A stretch of DNA of 64,000 bases from Camelus dromedarius (GCF_036321535.1 NC_087454.1:14632001-14696000); one strand, 5' to 3'; numbered from the stretch's first letter, positions 1-12,527 are shown. The notes: generated by a model not told the origin, from the letters alone. Made by a program: numbers and translations.

Positions 1-276
1 TCCAGCCATCTGTTGATGGACATTTAGGCTGTTTCCATGTCTTGGCTGTTGTAAATAGTGCTGCTATGAACAGTGGGCTGCAGGTGTCTTTTTGAAGTAG
101 GGTTCCTTCTGGATATATGCCCAGGGGTGGGATTCCTGGGTCATATGCTAAGTCTGTTCCTAGTCTTTTGAGGAATCTCCATACTGTTTTCCACAGTGGC
201 TGCACCAAACTGCATTCCCACCAGCAATGTAGCAGGGTTCCCTTTTCTCCACAGCCTCTCCAGCACTTATCATTTG
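1..276 (-). mobile_element. LINE-1 fragment (ORF2 3' end), young, camelid-like; runs off the left edge of the window
   Basis: Typical antisense L1 text: 'catctgttgatggacatttaggctgtttccatgtcttggct', 'ccaaactgcattcccaccagcaatgt', 'ggttcccttttctccacagcctctccagca'; few apparent mutations. Confidence 0.9.
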
Positions 277-857
277 TTACCCTATTTTTTCATTAATTAT
301 AAGTAGTGTACACTTTTTAGGATAGCAGTTGTAATGTACCCCCAAGCCATAGTTAGAGGGTGGAGGAGGAGTAAGTCGTTGGGAATGATTGGGAAAAGCT
401 CTCTGGGAGCCTTTCCAGGGTGGTAGCTGGGCCTTAGGACTCTGAATGCTTGCAGAGAGTGGGAGATTTTGTGCTTTCACACTTAAGTGTCCCTGTGTTA
501 TTTTGGTGTTCAGTCTGAACCACTCAGTGATGGAAAAATAAATCGAGGGTAAAGATGAAAGGATAGGACTGAAGGAAATCCCACATAGGTTTTGAAAGAC
601 TAGCATTTCTCAGGTATAATTTATAATGTCTACTGTCCTTGTGATATTTTACATGAGATGCTTATCTTTTTTCTGTTTGGAAATATATTTCCCTTTGTAT
701 TGAAAAGTATCGAATCCTTTCAGTATAATGATTGGAGTGGCAGAAATAGGGGAACTAGGTTCTTTTCCTCCTAGCCTTTTTTCTTTTAGTCTTTGGGGTG
801 ACTAAAGTCTTTAGTCTTTTCTTTAGTCTTTCCATGTTTCTTGAGTCACTGGCATAG

Positions 858-1200
858 TTATTCAGCAGATGTTTGTTGAACTCTTGCTGTATTCCAGACT
901 CACTACTAGACTCTGGGGATAAAAGATCAATAAAATGCTGAATCTGTCCTCGAGACATTTGAACTCTGGTGGGAGAAAATGTCCTGAGCCCAGCTAATCA
1001 GGGCTGATGAGGAAGTGGGGTGTAAGCAGAAAGAAAAGTTCTGTAAGGGTACAGAGGAGGGAGGAGACCACTCCTTCTGTGGTTTTCAGCAGACGTTTGA
1101 GCTCAGTCTATGCAGAGTATTTGGCTGGGTAGGTGAAGGTGGGCAGGGAGGGTGTGGGAGGCTAGATTGCTCAGAAGCCTAGAACAGTGGGAGGACCAGA
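858..1200 (-). mobile_element. LINE-2 3' fragment
   Basis: 'ttattcagcagatgtttgttgaa...ctggggataaaagatcaataaaa...ctctggtgggaga' matches the antisense L2 tail, followed by purine-rich L2-like sequence. Confidence 0.6.
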
Positions 1201-3460
1201 ATAGTTGTCATCATCTCACAGCTAGGAAACTGAACACTGATGAGCTGGGTTACTGGTGAAGGAAATGCCACCATCAGCACCCAGGGTTCAGGGATCTCCC
1301 TAGCCAGTCTTCATTCATTACTGCATAAAACGATAAAATGGGGCTGCTGCTCCTCCTTCCCCTCTCCTCCCCCTCCCCCTTCGATAGATGTGAATTAGGT
1401 ATAGGCATTTCCCACATTAGGCCAAGGAAGTAGGGGAAAAAAACCAAGTTGCCTACTGTCGTACAATGGAATACAAGGTTTTCTGCCATTTGTTTCTATG
1501 TCATTTCATATTTCTTTTTCTCAGGAAATTCTGTTTTGCATTTCTACTGTTGGAATTTCTCTTTGATCACTAAGTGCCTGTATTCCTGCTTCTCTTGGGT
1601 TTTTTGTGAGCCATCCTGGATAAGTGTGGCATGTCAATGGGGAGACTTCCTTTGTTTAGAATGAGAGACTGGCTAATTTGGGGTTTTATACTGGGACAGC
1701 AAAATGCTCGTATTTAAGTAACTCATAATTCCTGGGAAACTCATAAAACTGCCTGACATGATGTTAAATAGTTCGTGCATATAAGAAGCTTTGCAGATGG
1801 CTAAGATAAGCATGAAGAATGTTTTATATGTTTTGACTTACTGTCTCTTCAATTACATTATATAAAATTCAGCAGATTTCTCTATGATCACTAGGGAAAT
1901 GAGTGATGTTCCTGTCATAAATCCCAAATGCCACAAACTACAGAGGACTGTCATTGACAGGTATCCATCAGTAGTTTATATTCTCCAAGAGGACTCACAA
2001 AAATGTAGTGTCGACCATATTTATTCAGAAAAATATATTCTTAAAGAAATAAAATTACCCTGATACTGGCTGCTGTAGTTAAGCAACTTTAAACATTTCA
2101 GTTGCTCACTTGGCTTAGTAAACTAACTGGTGTCCCAACCATGGTTGTGTAAGACAGATGAATACATGCATGTACACATACACACACTCACATACCGTTG
2201 AATACACTGTTTACAATGTTCTGATGCAGCAAAAGTAGAAGATGATTTGGAGGTATTATTATGACCAATGTCACATTTATTCCAGAAAATTTCACTTGGG
2301 GAGAAAATGCACTCTTGGCATGCAACAAAGCCCCACATTTTGTCATATAGTTCATTTTGTGATTTAAATTTTTATGGTTTATTCAATAAATCTAATACAT
2401 AAGGTAGTGTTGGATAATAAGTAAATTTAGTTTTATGAGTTAAAAAGTACATGACTGATCTACTGAGCTACCAGTTTACAGAATGAACACCTGAATTGTA
2501 GACATGGATAGGGTTTTGGAGGAGCCTCTCCTCCTCCTGGTCTTCTAGCTCTATCCATGTATCCTTTCTTCTCACCCTAATTTCCTTTGATCAAAGGAGA
2601 AGCACTTTGAGGAAGAAATCTTTAGGCATTTTAATGTAATGACATTTAGGATGAGAGTTGGGTTCAATGTAACATCACTGGCTGATTTAGTAACATCTTG
2701 GGTTCTTCCCAGACTGGAAAGTACTTTGGGTGTCCATTGTCCATTGCTGAATACTACTGTTGTCCTCATGCTTTCCTTCCGGGATTGAACTGGACAGGAG
2801 TTTGGTTTTTAAATACATTCTAGTGGGTGTAAGTACATTGTCTAATAAGGATTTCCTTAACCTGGTTACAGTAGAAATGGTCCCGTCCCCTGTCCCTACA
2901 TTTTCTCCTTAAAACCAGAGATAAATGACCTGCTGTGACCTCCATCACCTTGATAATTCTGCCAACAGTGGTTTACAAAAGCAGCTTTGGGGTTAGACCC
3001 TGGGAGAGGCCAGGATGGAAACAAAACTGGATCCATGTTTTTCTTAAGTTACGCATGGACAGTTTCATAAATTGAATTACCAAATTACGTTCTGTGTTCT
3101 GTTCACATAAGAGGGAACATTTTGCCAAAGAAATCTGTTCAAATAAAATTTCCTTTGGAGTATTTTTCTTCTACTCTGAGGACACATGCCTTTTCCCAGT
3201 CCATTTTCCCTGCTCCCAGTACTTTGTGTATGGTGAGGAGTCAGGGAATGAATTCCTTTGCCCTTGCGTCCCTGCCTTGCTGAGTGGAAGTCTGCACCCG
3301 CACGATAGCTAGTGGACGGTCTGTGCTGGGAAGTCCTGGGCTCGACTTCTAAAGCGACTTCCCCATCCTGACAGGGCAGAACATGTTCTCCTCGAGCTGG
3401 GAAGTCACAGCTCTATCCCTGTTCAAGATGACACCTCCCTTGTGCTTCTTCCCTTCGCAG

Positions 3461-3594
3461 GAGTTGAGTCCAAGTGTGGCTGCCAAGAGGAGTCCAGAAA
3501 AGCCCAGGAGCCCACACATGTCAGACCTACCCACAGCCACACACAGACCCCGAGGACCTGAGCGAGGATCAGTGGGGAGGAGAGAGCCGACCAG
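3461..3594 (+). other. Candidate 134-nt internal exon of an unidentified host gene (coding status unknown)
   Basis: Acceptor 'cctcccttgtgcttcttcccttcgcag|', donor 'CAG|GTGAGC', purine-rich body, open in frame 0 (ELSPSVAAKRSPEKPRSPHMSDLPTATHRPRGPERGSVGRREPT). No homology recognised. Confidence 0.45.
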
Positions 3595-3938
3595 GTGAGC
3601 ATCAGTCTGAGGGCTGAAGCAGCAGGAATTCTCCTGGGCAGTTCTGTTTATTTGGCAAGATGGGAATATGACCTGAGCTTTCACTAATTACCTCACAGTG
3701 AGTTGGTTTTTTTTACCAGGCATTATAAATGTTAGGATGACTCCGCTGAGCTCTTGGGCTGACTACAGATGAAAACATCACAGACGACTCATTCGTTTCT
3801 AGGTGTGACTGAGGAAGTGTTTCTCTTCTTGCAGGAGAAGGTTAAATCCCAACTTTTTGTCTCCCTTGAGAGCAGGTTCTTTTGTGCAGAGCCAGTATGA
3901 GAGCTTTAACACAGAGGCTTCTGGTTTTGGAAGGTATT

Positions 3939-3996
3939 GGTGTGGGTGTGTTTGTGCTTGTGGGTGGGGTGTGAGTGTGTGTGTGTGAGTTTGTGT
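3939..3996 (+). repeat. GT-rich low-complexity tract
   Basis: 'ggtgtgggtgtgtttgtgcttgtgggtggggtgtgagtgtgtgtgtgtgagtttgtgt'. Confidence 0.75.
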
Positions 3997-4330
3997 ATTT
4001 CCACAGGAGGTGGCCAAGGCTGTTTTCCCTCTGTAAATCTTTATCTTTTCTTTTTTTTTTTTTTGCTATGTTTGAGTCTGTATGTTTTGAAGCTACCTTC
4101 TAGGTGAATTGAGTTAGACTGTGCTATATTTTTTAAGCCTTGTATTAATGACATCACTGGTTGGAGCCTTACACAAAATTTGATGCTGTAACAGGATTTT
4201 CCAGAGTTCCATTGTGATTCTAAATTAGTTTTAAATTTCTTCCCCTTGCTTTCCTTTGCAGTTATGTTAAATGTTACTATTACGTGGAGGGAAGGTTTTT
4301 TAATAATAGCAGGATGCATATAGAAACACC

Positions 4331-4526
4331 TCCTGTTCTCCTACTTCTAAAAACTGTGTACAGTATGGACTGGATAATTCTGTATTGTCGGGTTTTTTTC
4401 TTGTGTATCGTGGAATTTAGTGGCACCCCGGCCTCTACCCACTAGTTGCTGATAACACTTCATACCCCTGTATGCAGCCCAAAAAGCACCATGGAGAACA
4501 CTATTGCTCCCAGTTGAGAACTGCTG
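4331..4526. mobile_element. MER20-like hAT-Charlie MITE
   Basis: 'ggataattctgtattgt', 'ggcctctacccactag' and the terminal 'cccagttgagaactgctg' match MER20 as recalled. Confidence 0.7.
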
Positions 4527-6414
4527 CTCTAGGGATAACTTTAACTATAGAAAAGAAGGAAAAGAAATTAGTGAAGATGTAGAATATGGAGTTACTGTTT
4601 TTGCTCTTAAAATACGTTACCCGTGTGGTTCCGAAGAAGGTACCTCTTTAGCAGTTGAAGTCTGCCATTAAAATTCCTACTTCTCCACCAATTATCTATC
4701 CCTTGTTGGCTGAAATTTGGTTTAGATGGATACAACAACTGCACATCACTTAGAACACGTGTTGATTTTGATGCCCTCATTATCAACTGAAGAACTTCCA
4801 GGTGGTTATATATCCTGGAGTCCTTTCTTTGAAGGGGCACCCTGATCCCTCGTGCTTTTATAAAGGTGCCAGCTTACTGGTTGGCGAACAAGATTCCAAA
4901 GAGGCGCGCTGTAAACTTTAACTGAATGTGTGAATTGAATGAAGAAACACACCCACTCCACATCTGACTTCAGTTTTGTGAATGGGAGGCCAGATACACG
5001 ATTTAGACACGTTTCACCGAATTCACCGTCTTTTACTTACACTGAAATTGTCCTGAATATTACATTCTTCCTGTATTAGACTGTGATTCATTTTCTCTGT
5101 ACTCGATCTCCTTCCACATTTACTTCCACCTCTGTGCTAGAATGTTTGAGCTGCCAGACAAGGAGGATCATATCCCTACTGTGATTTAACCTTATATGTC
5201 CTGCTGTCTTTATTTCAAAAAAATGTTTTTCCTCTTTATTCTCCCTTCCTGTGAAAATACATGTTTGGCAGGCACGTTCTTGCTTTTCCTTTCTTCTCTT
5301 ATTTTCCATCCCTCCTGCCCTTGTTTTCTACCCTTTTCTCTGAGTATGGAAACTGTCAGGTAGCCTGGCTGGCATCATCCTACCTTTTTTTTTGGGGGGG
5401 GGGGCTGTGTTACCCAGAGACTCCATTTATTATGTCTCGGGCCCTCTCTCTCTTTAATGCTGTCTCTCTCCGAGGGATAGTTAATGATCTTCGCAGCAAA
5501 TGAAGGTGAACTCTAGCCACATTATTGCTATAATACAGCCAACTGTATGGAACAGATTGTGCTGCGCTTTGAACAGCTGGGGCTGGCAGAGTGAGTCTTG
5601 ACTCCTCTCGGAAGAATTCCAGAACTGCCAAATCATCAAACTGGAAGGGGAGAGAGGGACAAGAAAGGTTATGGGGAGAGCGGTTCCTGCCGGTGCTTTT
5701 TGCCTTTGTGATCTGCCTTTCTGAAATTTCCCCTGGTCTGTGGCTCTGGCAAAGCACAGGCTAATAGAACCCAGAGGCTGCCGTCACCACTCTTGGAGTT
5801 GCCTGCTTAGTGGCTGGGGTGGGATCTGACTGTCCTTTTGCAGGTACTGACCATGGGAGAAGGTGGATGCTTCTGTTGTTAAAGCTCGTGTCTTTAAAGC
5901 TCGTGCCTCTCTTCAGTTCACTGAAACCATTGGTAGTTTTAAGGAGGGTTTTGATTTGCAAAGTGTACGGAACTCTAATGTAAGCTAATAAGGGGCTTCC
6001 GGACTTGGACTGTAGTGTGGCTCCTGATGGACAGAGGCTATGGGCACCGGGCGGGCTAGGCAGGTGCTCCAAACTGGTGGACCACAGAGCAGAGCCAGCC
6101 CTCAGACGCGTTGTGTGCCCTGCAAGGAAGAGTGTGTGTGTGTGTGTTTAAAGAACTAGCTGCTAGTATTTTTTTAATTACATAAAAATCTGGTTAATCT
6201 TGACAAAAAAGCCAAAAGATCTGGCTTCTGCAGAACGGTAGTCTCCCATGGTAAATGTCCGTTAGAATAAGTACTAGCTATGCTGTACCTGCCTTGAGTA
6301 GGCAGGGCAGGGGCTTGGCAGCTCCTTAGAGTCCCACCTCCCACCCTCACGCTTGCTCCCTCATGGGCCTCCACAGGAGAAGTCAGGAGAGAATAGATAG
6401 AGATGTGGGATGGG

Positions 6415-6630
6415 GAAGAATTGGGTTTGACATTGAGCTTCACCACCTGTTTTGTCTGTTTGGGCAAGTTACTTAGTTTCTACATCTTGGTTTCCTCATG
6501 TGTAAAGTGGAAGGAGGATTCTTCACCTCAAGGGTTGCTGGAAAGAACATTAGTGAGATAGGATACTCGACATCCTTAAAAAAGAGCTATGTATGTGCCT
6601 AACACGTGCTACACACATGAGCCGTCACTG
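6415..6630 (+). mobile_element. MIR SINE
   Basis: Core 'ttgggcaagttacttagtttctacatcttggtttcctcatgtgtaaagtgg...cctcaagggttg'. Confidence 0.8.
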
Positions 6631-6689
6631 TAATTTTTGGTTGCTATGTTTCTTAGGTGAATTGATAGCAATTCTTTGGAGTCACATTG

Positions 6690-6790
6690 ACGATGCTATT
6701 ACTTCTATTATTAATAACAATAATAGTACTCACAGTAATATATAATATTATAATAATGCTATTACTATTCTATTAATGCTTCTATTAGTC
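6690..6790. repeat. AT-rich (TAA/TAT) low-complexity tract
   Basis: 'tattattaataacaataatagt...aatatataatattataataatgctattactattctattaat'. Confidence 0.6.
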
Positions 6791-9360
6791 AGTAAAATGG
6801 GAGGACTTGTGTCTGGGATTCCCATATTTCTATTTGTGTATTTCAATACAGAATTTACTGTCTTTAGGGAAACCATACTGTAGAAACTGAGTTCTTGGGG
6901 GTGGCATAATCTGAAGAGAGAAAAATCGTATAATTTAATTCATATTAGGTAGACACTTGGTTTTCTTTTGACTGAATCATGACTTTGTGCTTTTGTTCTA
7001 AGCCCCTTAAGTTTCTGTCTCCCCATCCCCACTGCAGTTACATTCAGAATCAGGTTGGTGACAACCCTGAGGACTGAAGATACTCAGAATCGTCATGAAA
7101 GGAAAGATACAGAAATGAGAGCACTACATCAATTAATACATTTTCTTAAAAGTGGGACTTGAATTTAGTCTTTGTTAGGCTTGTAACCTATTGAAGACAG
7201 CCGTTTATCAGTACTTTGTGCTCATGGATTCTTTAAAAATTTCCAAGGATTTTTTCATACATTATTGCACTCAGTTGGCATCTTTTCTCTCTAATCTGTG
7301 ACCTTTGACATCTGTCCAAAGGTTCTAGCACACTTTTGGCAGCTACACTAGGTAGGGGTGTGAGGGCTTCCTGATTATTGTATATGTAGTTAATTTTTTT
7401 CTGTTAATTTTTCTGTTTCCTGCAAGGATGGGTTTCCTTTAGATGTGGATATTTGACTTAAATGCATACTCTTCTCTCAAAGTGGTAAAGGATACCAGTG
7501 CAGTAATCTTACTGTACTTGGTGAAGGTATCTGGCAAACTCTCCTGTGTTCCAGTGGGAAGCTTCTTGGAGAAAGCAAGGTGACTAGAAAATGTCAAGGC
7601 AATTCTGGACCAGTGGGAGAAAATTGATGTAAAAGGTGAAAACTGATTTGTGACGAGCTCAGTTAGAGAGTTCAAAACCCAAACCATGTGGTGTGTGTAA
7701 CCAGTTAGGTTTTCAAGGGTTGTTTTAAATTCACCTTGGATGAGTGAACGTCACTATTAGGATAGATGGTCCCTGAACAGAAGGCATGAGTGGAGAAGAC
7801 ATTTTTAGAGCCCTACTTTTAAAAACTTTATGAATGGATGTACAGGTCTACCTCTGGAACTGGAAATTGGGCTCAAACCCAGATCTGGTTCCAGGTAATT
7901 ACTCAGGATCCCGCCTCCATCTGTTCAGGGAAGAGACACAGGGGAAGAGCGAAGGGGATGAAGAGAGAAAGAGGGAAGAATATGGCTGAAAATGGGAGGA
8001 TTTAGATAATGAAGCTTCTGGCACTTCATAAACGTTCTGTCCAGATCACCAGAGGTATTGTGGCATGTAGAAATCTAAGGAAATAGGTTGATCCATCGGA
8101 ACTTGTCAGTATTTCAATTGTATAGAAATGGCAGTTTACATAGTTCAACTAAATATAGTTATTACATTTTTGCTAGAATTTCTACAGTTCTATCCCCCAG
8201 TTGGGTGTATGGAGTGGTTTCAGAAGCCAGAAATGTTTTGGCATCCAATTGGTGATTTTTTCTTTTGCATATATTTTGCTAGAATGTACAGGTATTTTCT
8301 GGTTGGATTTTTCTTACCAGTTTTTTCTAAAATTATAGTTATTGCTTCAAATCTCATAGTAGAAGAGACAAAGAATAGCATGGTGTCAGGGGTGACCAAA
8401 GCCTGTGGAATCTTACCTGATTGTTCACCTGGGGACGTGTGGGGGTTTGGTTGTGGGGCACCAAAGATCCAAAGTTGGGTTTTTCACTTAGCTGATTTTA
8501 TGTTTGTTTTGTTTTGAAAATAAGAGATGGGTGTGAAAGATGAAAAGCTATCTGCATGGACTCGATTTATTACATCATGTCCATGCTAGGGGAGGTTGAA
8601 CCTTGTTCAAAGTTGTGAAATTTGTTCAAGAAGGTGTCTTTTCCCTCTATTTTTGTGGTTCAGAATGATTCCATGAATACTGTTACAGTTCGGGCCAGAA
8701 ACAAATTCACTTAGTCAAGAAAGATTAAGTCTCTCAGAAGGCCTGGAGGTGATGAAATCGATGGTCCTCAGATGGTGGTGGTGGTCGCGGTTGCGGTGGT
8801 GAGTGGGTGTGTGTGTATCTGTATGATTCCTGGGGGTGGGTGGTTTTTCAATGAAAGAAACAGATGCTTCCTTTGCTTGCTTGTTTCCTGGTTTTCAAAG
8901 CCTCTTTCTTTGTTGTTTTATTTTAAGTCTGGGTGCCTTTTCAGTCCGTCAGTGAGGGTGTGGTGAGCCCAGGGGCATGTGCACCCACCTCTGAAACTTG
9001 TTGTTCCTTGTGTAATAGCAAGTGGAAGTGCAAAGCACCACAAGCTGATTTGAACCGAGCCCACTTCCCTTCACCCACAGAGACCGTGAAGCAGTTACAC
9101 CAACATCAATCAAGGAAAACCCACAGGCTGCACTCACACCGTTGAAGCAGGTGTGTGAGTGAGCATCCCCAGCAGGCACACGGGATTGAGGTGTACCTCG
9201 GCGTCTTGCCCACAGATGTCAGTTACGATGGGTACGTGGAGCTGTCCCTGCTCTTCGCAGAGCCAAGACAAACCTGTCCTACTTGGAGGACAGAGGAAGT
9301 ATAGCTCTTGGCATCTCAGTAGCTGGTGTACTGAGACTAAGGGGAAGAGTGCAAGGTGTA

Positions 9361-9496
9361 GTATCTGTGTGTGTCTGTACATACATGGGTGTATACCAAG
9401 TATATGTATATGGATGCATGCATACACATATATACGTAGGTCTGTGTGTACGCACACATGTGTATACACACGTCCCTGTGTGCATGCATGCACGCC
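9361..9496. repeat. Degenerate alternating purine-pyrimidine tract (TG/TA/CA mix)
   Basis: 'gtgtgtgtctgtacatacatgggtgtatac...catgcatacacatatatacg...gtgtgtacgcacacatgtgtatacacacg...gtgtgcatgcatgcacg'. Confidence 0.8.
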
Positions 9497-11494
9497 ATTT
9501 GAAGCAAAACTCAGATGGGCCATGAGATAAAGAGAGAATATGAACACTGAGCATATTCTTCAGTATCTGATGAGAAGAGAAGGTCATACTTTAAAAAAGA
9601 GACATTGTCACCCTAAGTTCCACCATTCTGATCTGTATTGAACTTTAGGAAATTTCTACGGAAGTGTTGGATGATTCTGTAAAAAAAAAAAAAGAAAAAG
9701 AAAAAAGGAAACATTTAACCCCAGGACTTCAATATATATTGTACCTTTTAAATAGTATTAGGTGCCCAAAGCTTCTTGTACTTCTTATTGAGTTGCTTCG
9801 AAATACTATGCGTGTTATTTATATTCAAATATGTGAACAACCAGCCTTTCTCTAAGCCATGTAAAGCAAAACACAACACGTTTTTTTAAACTATCAAGAC
9901 TGGCTAAGTTTGAGAATAATCATAAAATCCAGTGTCACTTAGGTATGGGAAAAACACACTATTTGGGGGGAAATGTGTATATGGTATCTGGAGGTTATTT
10001 TGTAGTATATAAGATCAGAGGTCACAAAATGTGTTTATTCTTGCTCCTGGCAGCATGGCTTCCAGGCAGATTTGTCCCAAAACTATGATGGAACATGTGT
10101 AGAAAGATAGGACTTCAAGAAGGTTTTATCACAAACTTTTTTTTGATGTATTTTGTTATTAATATCTAAACATATTAGGGTGTTCAAATAAGTTATAGTA
10201 GAAATAAACAATTAAATACCAAATGAAGCATTCAAATAATGCTGTAGATTTTTCTGTGATTTTATTTAAAAAACAAAAGAAAAACAAAAACCCCAGCCTG
10301 CTCTGCAGGCATACATGAGCAGGTCTGCACTGAAATGATTTAGGAGGTTATATATGAATCTAAAAGTTATTTAATTATTCTCAAATCACCTAGAGATAAT
10401 GCCTTTATTTTGCTTATCTGTTTGCTAATATTCATATGTATTACCTACGTATTAAATGCAGCATAGGGCCATCATGGAAACAGCATTTTAAGCATAAAAG
10501 CTATCTAGAAATATTTGTGAAGACCAGGAAGGGAAAGAGCTTTCCTTTTTTTCCCCCTAGATGTTTAGCAGATGTCAAAGACTACTGGTTAATTCAACAA
10601 TATATATGTGCCTGTGTGCACCAGGTACAATGCTGTGATGTTGCTCTGTGCTTTCACATGGCAGATGGCTTAATTGGTTCTCTTTGATATACTGGTTAAT
10701 GTGGCTTTACTAAGAGTTAATAATATCAATACAAAAGTTGTAATATGGACATGTAAATGTTAAGGTTAAACAGTGACCTTTTGCTTCATGTTTTTACATG
10801 TTTTATCTGCTCTGTACTGTCCCATGTGGTTCAACTTTCCCTACCATGTGGATAGTTGGCAACCTTCGACGTTTGGTGAACCAAAGGCAGAATGGAAAAT
10901 CACTGAGAAAACTTGACACCATTCATGAGCAATTTAAGGGATACAAAAAAGCTTATCGGCAAGTGCTTTGAAAAATTTGACCTCTCCTTATTTTGTAGGT
11001 TTTGGCTTTGAAACTCAGTCTCGGTTTAATGTTCAGCAGGTGTCCTTTGTGGAGTTAGGACAGGATTTGAAAGGTGGCAGATTAGTGTGATGAATTCGGT
11101 GTCCATCCATCTGGAATGCTGAGATGATGGAGGATATAAATAGGTTTAGATTAGGGATGTCTGCCTGGAGGAGGATCAGGATTTGGGCAGACTGGGGATA
11201 CTCATCCAGAGGGTTTAAGTGCTTTTTTGAGAACCCAGGATTCTGCCCCAAGGTGGTCTGCTTCTGATGTTCAGTTTCTTTCTCACCATGATGATCCTAG
11301 AAGTGTAACTTTCCCTGTGGCCTCTCAACACCTTGGCCTCTAATCCTAGTTCGACTTTAGAAATTTAAAAATTCCAGTCTGAACCACCCAAGGCTCCAAA
11401 ATAAAAAGATTTTTTTCATGAATACAGATATAAAAATAGCAAAGATTCTCAATAAGAAGGATTTGTTTTGGATGAGTACCAGTTTGCCAAGTTG

Positions 11495-11497
<3 letters not shown>

Positions 11498-11533
<36 letters not shown>

Positions 11534-11542
11534 TGTGTGTGT
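11498..11542 (+). repeat. (TG)n microsatellite, about 17 perfect units plus an imperfect tail
   Basis: Read directly. Confidence 0.97.
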
Positions 11543-12347
11543 CTGGGGGAATGATTATGGCTTCGTTAACTTGGTTCATTTCTTTCCCATTGGTGAAGGG
11601 AAGAAATTAAACTTAACTTTGGCTTTGGTTCTATTTCCATTATCCAGTGAATCAGGAGAGTTAGCTCCATTTGTTACTCTACTGCTGTGGGAAAATTTGT
11701 CATAATCACTTCCTCTTTTTTCTCTCTATCCTTCTCTTGTTAAACTGATACAGTGTCCTTAATTAATTGCCTTGGGATAGTCTGAAGTGTAAGGGGTGGG
11801 GGTGGGGAGGTGTACTTTGAGCTATTCCTGAGACAAGCCCAGAGTGGTAAAATCAATAATTTAAGGGATCACTTGCCTTTAAAAAGAACAACAAACAGAC
11901 TGGTAAATAGAACAAGACTGTGAAAAACATGTCTTTAGGCAAGCTAATCTAATCACACAAGAAGGCAGACTGTTTTCTTACTTGCTGGACCCCTTCCACT
12001 GTATATTCTCCCAGGGAACAATATATTAAGTGCAGTGTTTAGAAATATTTATTGAATCCTACTGTCTGATTTTGGCAAATCCCAAGGAAAAAAAAAGAAT
12101 ATATGTCTTGGACTGCTTGAGCCTTCCTGGAGGATGTTGGAGTTTTCCCAGAGAGGCTGGCTTCACATGGGAAACTGGTTTAGTCGATAAGACTGTGTGA
12201 ATTTATACTCAGAGGGCATTTAGTTTTCTTCAAATCTTTTGCACAGCAAAGGAAACCATCGACCAAAGAGACAACCCACTGAATGGGAGAAAATAGTTAT
12301 AAATGTTATGAGTGATAAGGGGTTAATATCCAATGTATATAAACAGC

Positions 12348-12527
12348 NNNNNNNNNNNNNNNNNNNNNNNNNNNNNNNNNNNNNNNNNNNNNNNNNNNNN
12401 NNNNNNNNNNNNNNNNNNNNNNNNNNNNNNNNNNNNNNNNNNNNNNNNNNNNNNNNNNNNNNNNNNNNNNNNNNNNNNNNNNNNNNNNNNNNNNNNNNNN
12501 NNNNNNNNNNNNNNNNNNNNNNNNNNN
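12348..12527. other. Assembly gap (180 N) inside L1
   Basis: N run; both flanks are collinear L1 ORF2 sequence. Confidence 0.98.

Noticed and set aside
5385-5404. T9G11 run resembling the tail of a camelid tRNA-derived SINE
   Set aside because: No SINE body (no box B 'ttgaaccc' type sequence) follows.
8128-8517. 129-aa hydrophobic ORF
   Set aside because: F/I/V/L richness reflects T-rich DNA; no recognisable domain or splice framing.
9134-9587. Four overlapping ORFs of 80-137 aa on both strands
   Set aside because: They arise from the stop-poor alternating RY tract (VCVCT/HTHT-type peptides), not from a gene.
10999-11039. AG...GT-bounded 41-nt segment (FGFETQSRFNVQQ) and similar weak exon candidates near 21109, 37630, 45105 and 63226
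   Set aside because: Donors are weak or non-consensus, the peptides are unrecognised, and such pairs are frequent in T-rich introns.
11793-11810. G-rich GGGGTGGGGGTGGGGAGG
   Set aside because: Only three G3+ runs plus GG; not a canonical quadruplex.
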